A DNA stretch of 64,000 nt from Bacilli bacterium. GTDB lineage: Bacteria; Bacillota_I; Bacilli_A; ML615J-28; CAG-313. Where the stretch lies: positions 12,686 through 76,685 of the forward strand of contig JAFQRV010000038.1 of assembly GCA_017409905.1 (NCBI GenBank). Direction: 5' to 3'. The notes under the pieces were generated by a model. It did not search any database. It saw only the letters and a list, made by a program, of their open reading frames with translations, and was not told the origin of the DNA. Both the position numbers and the translations under genes were made by a program. Below, one piece after another: positions 57,921 through 64,000 of this stretch (position 1 is its first letter; every line of letters starts with the position of its first letter).

Positions 57921-57978
57921 AGTACACCTCCTTTTTATTTATTATAACACAAAGATGATTAAAAAGATGTAATAATAC

Positions 57979-58007
57979 TTGAAAATATTTTATTAATATG
58001 ATAAAAT
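57979..58007 (+). promoter_or_regulatory. sigma-A-type extended -10 promoter (gmk-rpoZ)
   Basis: TTGAAA (57979-84), 17-nt spacer ending TGa, TAAAAT (58002-07). Confidence 0.55.
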
Positions 58008-58028
58008 ATTAAAAAGTTGGAGGGTAAT

Positions 58029-58658
58029 ATGAAGTTAAATCAACAAGGATTATTAATTGTTTTATCTGGTCCATCAGGTGTAGGTAAAGCTACAGTTAGA
58101 AAAGCTTTATTTGAGATGGATGATCATAACTTTACATATTCGATATCAATGACTACAAGAAAACCTCGTGAGGGAGAAGTAGATGGTGTAGACTATTACT
58201 TTGTATCTGAAGAAGAGTTTGAAAGTAGAATTAAACAAGGCAGATTTTTAGAATTTGCGAGATTTGTAGGTAATTATTACGGAACACCAATGGATGAAGT
58301 TGAAAAAATGATTGCAAATGGTGATGAAGTAGTATTAGAAATAGAAGTTGAAGGTGCAATGCAAGTAAAAGCGAAAATGCCTGATGCAGTGTTAATTTTT
58401 ATTGCGCCACCAACATTCAATGCATTAAAAACACGTTTGTTAAGACGTGGAACTGAACCAGAAGAAATTATAATGGAAAGATTAAGTAAAGCTCATCGTG
58501 AGTTAACTTTAGCAGCTGGTTATGATTACATTGTTATTAACGATGATGTAGAAAATGCAGCTGATAGAATTAAAGCCATTATTCGAGCAGAGCATGCAAG
58601 ATGCCGCAGAAGTTTAAAAGGTTACTTACAATTATTGGAGGAAAACGAAAATGAATAA
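58029..58658 (+). CDS. gmk: guanylate kinase
   Basis: ORF track starts at TTG 58017. ATG 58029 follows GGAGGG. LIVLSGPSGVGKATV, TTRKPREGEVDGVDYYF. Confidence 0.95.
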   Translation: MKLNQQGLLIVLSGPSGVGKATVRKALFEMDDHNFTYSISMTTRKPREGEVDGVDYYFVSEEEFESRIKQGRFLEFARFVGNYYGTPMDEVEKMIANGDEVVLEIEVEGAMQVKAKMPDAVLIFIAPPTFNALKTRLLRRGTEPEEIIMERLSKAHRELTLAAGYDYIVINDDVENAADRIKAIIRAEHARCRRSLKGYLQLLEENENE

Positions 58659-58860
58659 CAATCAAAAGGGTATGCGCTATCCATCAATCGACCAATTAGC
58701 TGACAAGACTTCATCTAAATATCGTTTAGTAATGGCGGTTGCAAAACGTGCATTAGAAATTGATGAATCACAAACAACATATATGGAACATCCATCAAAT
58801 AAGAAAAGCATTGGTTTGGCTTTAGAAGAAATCAATGAAGATAAAGTACTAATTAAATAG
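58651..58860 (+). CDS. rpoZ: DNA-directed RNA polymerase subunit omega
   Basis: YPSIDQLADKTSSKYRLVMAVAKRALEI. 69 aa. Conserved gmk-rpoZ pairing. GGAGGA RBS. Confidence 0.92.
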   Translation: MNNNQKGMRYPSIDQLADKTSSKYRLVMAVAKRALEIDESQTTYMEHPSNKKSIGLALEEINEDKVLIK

Positions 58861-58892
58861 GCTTATTTGAGTTTTGTTCTTTTTTGAGTACG

Positions 58893-58926
58893 AAACTAAT
58901 TGCGAAAAAAAGCGATTAGTTTTTTT
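58893..58926 (+). terminator. intrinsic terminator after rpoZ
   Basis: AAACUAAUUGC-GAAAAAAA-GCGAUUAGUUU (one G-U) plus U-run. Confidence 0.75.
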
Positions 58927-58992
58927 ACATCTAGGTAATATTAATATTAATTAATATTTAAAAATAAAACATATTGAGGAGGCTAGAAAAAT

Positions 58993-59619
58993 ATGTCAAA
59001 AGTTACTATTATTAATCATCCACTTATTCAACACAAATTATCAATTGTTAGAAATAAGGATACTGCATCTAAAGAATTTAGAGCATTAATTTCTGAAATT
59101 GGTAGTTTAATGACTTATGAAGCAACAAGAGATTTAGAATTAAAATCAGTTCAAATTGAAACCCCTATTGCTGCATGCGAATGTTCAGAATTAAAAAATT
59201 CAATCGTTATTTGCCCAGTGTTAAGAGCTGGTTTAGGAATGGCTGAAGGTATTCATAATATGATTCCTCAAGCTAAAGTTGGTCATATTGGTTTATACCG
59301 TGATGAAGAAACATTACAAACTCAACAATATTATTCTAAACTTCCTGTAGGTATTGAAAATGCTGTTGTAGTATTAGTTGACCCAATGCTTGCAACAGGT
59401 AATACAGCAGTTTATGCTGCATCATTATTAAAGAAAGCCAATGCTAAAAAGATTATTTATGTTGGTTTAGTTGGTGTTCAAGAAGGTATTGATCAATTAC
59501 AACAAGCTCATCCAGATGTTGATATTTATTTAGCAGCAAAAGATGCAGTTTTAAATGAACATGGATACATTATTCCAGGTCTTGGAGATTGTGGCGATCG
59601 TTTATTTGGAACTAAATAG
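58993..59619 (+). CDS. upp: uracil phosphoribosyltransferase
   Basis: VTIINHPLIQHKLSIVRNKDT, PRPP motif VVLVDPMLATGNT, C-terminal YIIPGLGDCGDRLFGT. Confidence 0.96.
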   Translation: MSKVTIINHPLIQHKLSIVRNKDTASKEFRALISEIGSLMTYEATRDLELKSVQIETPIAACECSELKNSIVICPVLRAGLGMAEGIHNMIPQAKVGHIGLYRDEETLQTQQYYSKLPVGIENAVVVLVDPMLATGNTAVYAASLLKKANAKKIIYVGLVGVQEGIDQLQQAHPDVDIYLAAKDAVLNEHGYIIPGLGDCGDRLFGTK

Positions 59620-59630
59620 AAGGTTTTATT

Positions 59631-60176
59631 ATGCATTTCATTGAAGAAGATGTTTTAAAAATCCTAATAACTAATGAAGAAATTAATACTAGATGTCAAG
59701 AACTTGCAAAAGAAATAGACAATGATTATGAAGATAAAAATCCAATCCTTGTTTGTTTATTAAAAGGTGCTCTTCCATTTTTAGCGAAACTTTTAGAACA
59801 CATTAAAATTCCAATGGAAATTGACTGTATAAAAGTTCATAGTTATTCAGGAACAAATTCAACCGGTAAAGTTACCATTGAACATTTAAAATCAGAAAAA
59901 TATAAAAATAGACATGTTATCTTAGTAGAAGATATTATTGATACAGGTCTTACTTTAAATGAAACATGTAAATTATTTAAAGAATTTGGTGTTGAATCTT
60001 TAGAAATTATGTCTTTATTAAATAAACCAGTTTTAAATAAAGTAGAATTAAATGCAAAGTATATTGGCTTTGAAATTCCTAATGAATTTGTTATTGGTTT
60101 TGGTTTAGACTATAATGAACAATATCGTAATTTACCATATATTGGTATTATGAATACAGATAAATTAGAAAAATAA
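59631..60176 (+). CDS. hpt: hypoxanthine-guanine phosphoribosyltransferase
   Basis: LVCLLKGALPFLAKL, PRPP motif VILVEDIIDTGLTL, FVIGFGLDYNEQYRNLPYIG. Confidence 0.94.
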   Translation: MHFIEEDVLKILITNEEINTRCQELAKEIDNDYEDKNPILVCLLKGALPFLAKLLEHIKIPMEIDCIKVHSYSGTNSTGKVTIEHLKSEKYKNRHVILVEDIIDTGLTLNETCKLFKEFGVESLEIMSLLNKPVLNKVELNAKYIGFEIPNEFVIGFGLDYNEQYRNLPYIGIMNTDKLEK

Positions 60177-60196
60177 GCATTATTGCTTATTTTTTT
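60171..60196 (+). terminator. intrinsic terminator after hpt (overlaps stop codon)
   Basis: AAAUAAGCA-UUAU-UGCUUAUUU plus U-run. Confidence 0.8.
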
Positions 60197-60286
60197 AAAA
60201 TATTCACGTAATATTCAGCATAAAATGATTTAAAATTTTAAATAATATGATATAATACATAATATAAAAAAATATGGAGGAAAGCA

Positions 60287-62710
60287 ATGCTAGAGTTAAA
60301 AAATATACGTAAAGAATATGTAACTGGTGAAACTTCAACTATTGCGTTAAAGAATATAAGCATTAAGTTTAGAAGAAATGAATTTGTATCAATTCTTGGT
60401 CCATCTGGTTGTGGTAAAACTACTTTATTAAATATTATAGGTGGATTGGACCGATATGATAGTGGTAATCTTATCATTAATGGTAAGAGTACTAAAGAAT
60501 ACAAAGATAAAAACTGGGATACATATCGTAACCACACAATAGGTTTTGTTTTCCAATCATATAATTTAATTATGCATTTAACAGTTGCTGAAAATGTTGA
60601 GCTAGCATTAACTCTTTCAGGCGTAAGTGAAACAGAAAGAAAACAAAAAACTTTAGAGGTTTTAGAAAGAGTGGGATTATCTGACAAGGCAAAAGTTCGA
60701 CCTAATCAATTATCTGGTGGTCAAATGCAAAGAGTTGCAATTGCAAGAGCTTTAATTAATAATCCAGATATTTTACTAGCTGATGAGCCAACTGGAGCAC
60801 TAGATTCAACAACTGGTGTTCAAATTATGAACTTGTTAAAAGAGATTGCTAAAGAAAAATTAGTAATTATGGTTACTCATAATCCAGAACTTGCAGAAGA
60901 ATACTCTACAAGACTAGTTCGTATGATGGATGGTGAAATCTTAAGTGATAGCAATCCAGTTCTTGAAGAATTAGAAGTTCAAGAAGATGCTGAAAAAGTT
61001 AAAAAACCTTCAATGTCATTCTTCACATCTTTAAAGTTAAGTTTTAAAAATATGTTAACAAAAAAAGCAAGAACAATACTAGTTGCTTTTGCTGGTTCAA
61101 TAGGTATTATTGGGATTGCATTAATCTTGTCAATGTCTGCAGGATTCCAAAATTACATTGATGATATTCAAGAAAAGACTTTATCAGAATATCCACTTAC
61201 TATTAGAAGTGAAACAACAGAAATGTCATTTTTAATGGAAATCATTAAAGATGTAACTTCAAAGCCTGATGAAGATCGCGATCAAAATAAGATTTACGTT
61301 AATTCAATTTTAAAAGATTTTATTAATAAAAAAGATGAAAGTACAACAGTTAATGACTTAGAATCTTTTAAACATTATTTAGATAGTAATGAAGAGTTAC
61401 CAAATTTAATTACAGATATTAAATTTTCATACCGTAGTAATTTCTATGTATATCCTGGTAATGGTGACCCTTCAATTGTTTATCCACTCCCTAGTCAAAC
61501 AGGAGCAAATTCAATGGTTTCATGGATTGAATTAATTGATAATGCTGGCTTATTAGAAAATAAGTATGAATTATTAAAAGGTAGTTGGCCAACAAAAGAA
61601 GATGAAATTGTTTTATTTGTTAATTCTAAAGGAGAAATTACGGATATTGTTCTTTATATGTTGGGCGAAATTACTTTATCAGAATTACTAGGAACTTCTA
61701 CTGAAAATGAATTACCAATAAGTTACAATCTTGATTATTTTATTGGCCAAGAATTAAAAATGTTGGTTGATAGTGATTTCTATGAAAAACTAGATACTCC
61801 AGAGAATGGTATTTTATTTGAAAAAGTTGCAAACTCAAATTCAACTAATAGTAAATTAGCTTCAATTATTGAGAAGAAGAGTACAACATTAAAAGTAACC
61901 GGTATAGTTAAACCAACAGGTTCTAGTCCAATGGAAGTTTCTACTTATATTGGAGGAATTGGTTATAATACAAAACTTAAAAACTTTGTAATTGAAAAAA
62001 ATAAAAACTCTGATGTTATTCAAACTCAATTAGCATCAACAGAAACAAATATTATTACAGGTCAACCTTTTGTAACAGATGCTAATAATACTAAGACTGA
62101 AAATTATAACCGTGTATTAAGAAGTTTAGGTTATGCAAATGTTGATATTCCTGATAATATCTTAATATATCCAAAGAGTTTTAATGATAAAGAAAGAATT
62201 ATTGAAATTATTAATGAATATAATAATCAAGCTACTGAATCAAAAAAGATTACATTTACCGATGAAGTAGGTTTAATGATTTCATCTGTTAGTGAAATAG
62301 TAGATGCAGTTAGTTATGTCTTGATTGCCTTTGTATCAGTATCATTAATTGTATCATCAATAATGATTGCGGTAATAACTTACATTTCAGTTCTTGAAAG
62401 AACAAAAGAAATTGGTATTTTAAGAAGTATAGGTGCAAGCAAAACTGATATTTCTAGAGTATTTAATGCAGAAACTCTAATTATTGGTTTCACATCTGGC
62501 ATAATGGGTGTTGGTATATCATTATTATTACTAATTCCAATTAATATTATCATAGAACATTTTACTTCAGTTCCTAATATGGGACAACTTCCTGTAGCAG
62601 GAGGAATTTCTTTAGTAATAATTAGTACAATTCTTACTTTAATTGCAGGTATTGTACCTAGTATGATTGCGGCTAAGAAGGATCCAGTTGTAGCTTTAAG
62701 AAGTGAATAA
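60287..62710 (+). CDS. fused ABC transporter ATP-binding/permease protein (MacB/FtsX-type)
   Basis: N-terminal NBD (GPSGCGKTTLLNIIGG, LSGGQMQRVAIARAL, LLADEPTGALD). It is followed by TM1, an extracytoplasmic domain of about 370 aa, and a C-terminal FtsX 3-TM bundle (ERTKEIGILRSIGASK). Confidence 0.9.
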   Translation: MLELKNIRKEYVTGETSTIALKNISIKFRRNEFVSILGPSGCGKTTLLNIIGGLDRYDSGNLIINGKSTKEYKDKNWDTYRNHTIGFVFQSYNLIMHLTVAENVELALTLSGVSETERKQKTLEVLERVGLSDKAKVRPNQLSGGQMQRVAIARALINNPDILLADEPTGALDSTTGVQIMNLLKEIAKEKLVIMVTHNPELAEEYSTRLVRMMDGEILSDSNPVLEELEVQEDAEKVKKPSMSFFTSLKLSFKNMLTKKARTILVAFAGSIGIIGIALILSMSAGFQNYIDDIQEKTLSEYPLTIRSETTEMSFLMEIIKDVTSKPDEDRDQNKIYVNSILKDFINKKDESTTVNDLESFKHYLDSNEELPNLITDIKFSYRSNFYVYPGNGDPSIVYPLPSQTGANSMVSWIELIDNAGLLENKYELLKGSWPTKEDEIVLFVNSKGEITDIVLYMLGEITLSELLGTSTENELPISYNLDYFIGQELKMLVDSDFYEKLDTPENGILFEKVANSNSTNSKLASIIEKKSTTLKVTGIVKPTGSSPMEVSTYIGGIGYNTKLKNFVIEKNKNSDVIQTQLASTETNIITGQPFVTDANNTKTENYNRVLRSLGYANVDIPDNILIYPKSFNDKERIIEIINEYNNQATESKKITFTDEVGLMISSVSEIVDAVSYVLIAFVSVSLIVSSIMIAVITYISVLERTKEIGILRSIGASKTDISRVFNAETLIIGFTSGIMGVGISLLLLIPINIIIEHFTSVPNMGQLPVAGGISLVIISTILTLIAGIVPSMIAAKKDPVVALRSE

Positions 62711-62717
62711 TAAATTT

Positions 62718-62762
62718 AACCTAAATATAAACGAATTAATTCGTTAGTATTTAGGTTTTTTT
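62718..62762 (+). terminator. intrinsic terminator after fused ABC transporter gene
   Basis: Long hairpin with outer stem AACCUAAAUA...UAUUUAGGUU and inner stem AACGAAUU/AAUUCGUU, followed by U7. Confidence 0.85.
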
Positions 62763-62805
62763 ATTTATCATTTTTGATAAAATTAGTTTATTTTTTACAA
62801 TTTTG

Positions 62806-62834
62806 TTGAAAAAAAAGTTTAATAAATGTATAAT
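62806..62834 (+). promoter_or_regulatory. sigma-A-type promoter (DUF1846 gene)
   Basis: TTGAAA (62806-11), 17-nt spacer, TATAAT (62829-34). Confidence 0.55.
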
Positions 62835-62857
62835 TTATAAGTAGTTTGAGGTGAGGT

Positions 62858-64000
62858 ATGAAAAAAGCATTTGATAATAAAAAGTATATAAGACTTCAGA
62901 AAGATAAAATTTTAGATCGTGTTAATCAATTTGATAATAAACTTTATATAGAGTTTGGAGGCAAATTATTTGATGACTATCATGCTTCTAGGGTATTACC
63001 GGGTTTTGAAATAGATTCAAAGCTCAAAGTTTTAACAACCCTAAAAAAGCAAATAGAAGTTATCATTTCTATTAGCGCAGAAGATATTCAGACTGGTAAA
63101 ATGAGAAATGATAATGGTTTAGCTTATGAAGATGAAGTATTAAACCTTGTTGATAAATTTGAAAATTATGGGTTAGTTGTTGGTGGTATAGTAATTACTA
63201 TGTACAATCAACAACCACTTGCTAAGATTTTTTACCAAAAACTTAAAAATTTAAGTTTAAATGTATACTTACATTATCCAATTAGCGGATATCCTCATCA
63301 AACCGACTTTATCTTAAGTGAAGAAGGTTTTGGTAAAAATGAATATATTGAAACTACTCACCCGATTGTAATTGTAACAGGCCCAGGTCCAGGTAGTGGG
63401 AAGATGGCTACATGCTTATCACAACTATATCATGATAACTTAAAGGGTATAAGATCTGGTTATGCTAAATATGAAACATTCCCAATTTGGAATCTATCTT
63501 TAAAACATCCTGTTAATTTAGCATATGAAGCTGCTACAGCAGATTTAAAAGATGTAAACATGATTGACTATTTTCATTTAGATGCTTATGGGAAATCAAC
63601 TGTAAACTATAATAGAGATTTAGAAGTATTCCCAGTATTAAATAAAATGTTTGAAAAAATTTATGGTAGTAGTCCTTATTTATCACCTACGGATATGGGA
63701 GTTAATATGGTGGGTTTTGCAATTTCTGATGAAGAAGAGGCTATTAAATCAAGCAAACAAGAAATCATAAGAAGATATTTAGATGCTTGTCGTTTAAATA
63801 AAATGGGTAAATTTACAATAGATGCTGTAGAAAAAATAGAAAGAATAATGAATGAATTAAGTATTACAACAGATGATAGAAGAGTTGTAAGGGCTGCATT
63901 AGACTATACGCAAAAAGTAAATTGCCCTGTTGTAGCGATAGAGGTAGGGAAACATATCGTTTATGGGAAAAAGACTGAGTTGTTTACTGCATCTGCCGCA
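62858..64000 (+). CDS. DUF1846 (UPF0371) family protein, 3'-truncated by window edge
   Basis: Not in the ORF track because there is no stop within the window. ATG 62858 follows GAGGTGAGG, and the frame is open to nt 64000. MKKAFDNKKYIRLQKDKILDRV...GGKLFDDYHASRVLPGF matches the UPF0371 N-terminal pattern as I recall it. Confidence 0.75.
   Translation, partial: MKKAFDNKKYIRLQKDKILDRVNQFDNKLYIEFGGKLFDDYHASRVLPGFEIDSKLKVLTTLKKQIEVIISISAEDIQTGKMRNDNGLAYEDEVLNLVDKFENYGLVVGGIVITMYNQQPLAKIFYQKLKNLSLNVYLHYPISGYPHQTDFILSEEGFGKNEYIETTHPIVIVTGPGPGSGKMATCLSQLYHDNLKGIRSGYAKYETFPIWNLSLKHPVNLAYEAATADLKDVNMIDYFHLDAYGKSTVNYNRDLEVFPVLNKMFEKIYGSSPYLSPTDMGVNMVGFAISDEEEAIKSSKQEIIRRYLDACRLNKMGKFTIDAVEKIERIMNELSITTDDRRVVRAALDYTQKVNCPVVAIEVGKHIVYGKKTELFTASAA

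Noticed and set aside
58943-58958. 16-bp perfect AT palindrome AATATTAATTAATATT upstream of upp, considered as an operator or PyrR-type site.
   Set aside because: Pure A/T palindromes of this length are expected by chance in intergenic DNA of roughly 20-25% GC. There is no PyrR binding-loop consensus and no attenuator structure nearby.

Overview
64-kb chromosomal segment from a low-GC (roughly 30% by eye), standard-genetic-code, cell-walled Gram-positive bacterium. The phylum call is Bacillota. The oversized, Mollicutes-like Opp components combined with Bacillus-type microsynteny and sporulation-associated genes (ylbJ, cse60, CwlC-like amidase) suggest Erysipelotrichia or a relative; this taxon call is inference only. 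I support 54 CDS (50 on +, 4 on -), one guanine-class purine riboswitch, about 20 intrinsic terminators or hairpins and 13 sigma-A-type promoters, mostly extended -10. By eye there is no tRNA, rRNA, CRISPR array, transposase, integrase or recognisable prophage or defence gene. Gene order along the window: oppA(partial)BCDF; DUF3899 protein; CDF transporter; HNH-like/rsmD/coaD; convergent amidase-ylbJ plus a Tyr/Pro-rich micro-protein; glgBCDAP; pfkA; a 2-gene membrane module; SGNH esterase; lipoprotein; proS; HI0933-type flavoprotein/ytxK-like methyltransferase/ackA; two tandem PH-like membrane paralogs; two tandem large surface proteins; riboswitch-xpt-BMP/ABC nucleoside transporter-guaA(synthetase domain only); dnaE-ROK kinase-pgcA-pgi; NAGPA-type surface protein; tgt-lipoprotein; dnaD-nth; cse60; rqcH; gmk-rpoZ; upp-hpt; fused MacB-like ABC transporter; DUF1846 protein (partial). 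The window is mostly housekeeping, and I do not see a convincing new defence-type system. The best candidates for uncharacterised biology are: (1) large insertions inside both Opp ATPases and OppC; (2) a single guanine riboswitch apparently controlling a 6-gene xanthine/guanosine-to-GMP operon that ends in a GMP synthase lacking its glutaminase domain; (3) tandem PH-like membrane paralogs next to tandem surface proteins; (4) a signal-less amidase preceded by a one-TM Tyr/Pro-rich micro-protein; (5) a zinc-ribbon membrane protein pair; (6) a Cys/His-rich tandem repeat in the stalk of a phosphodiester-glycosidase surface protein.
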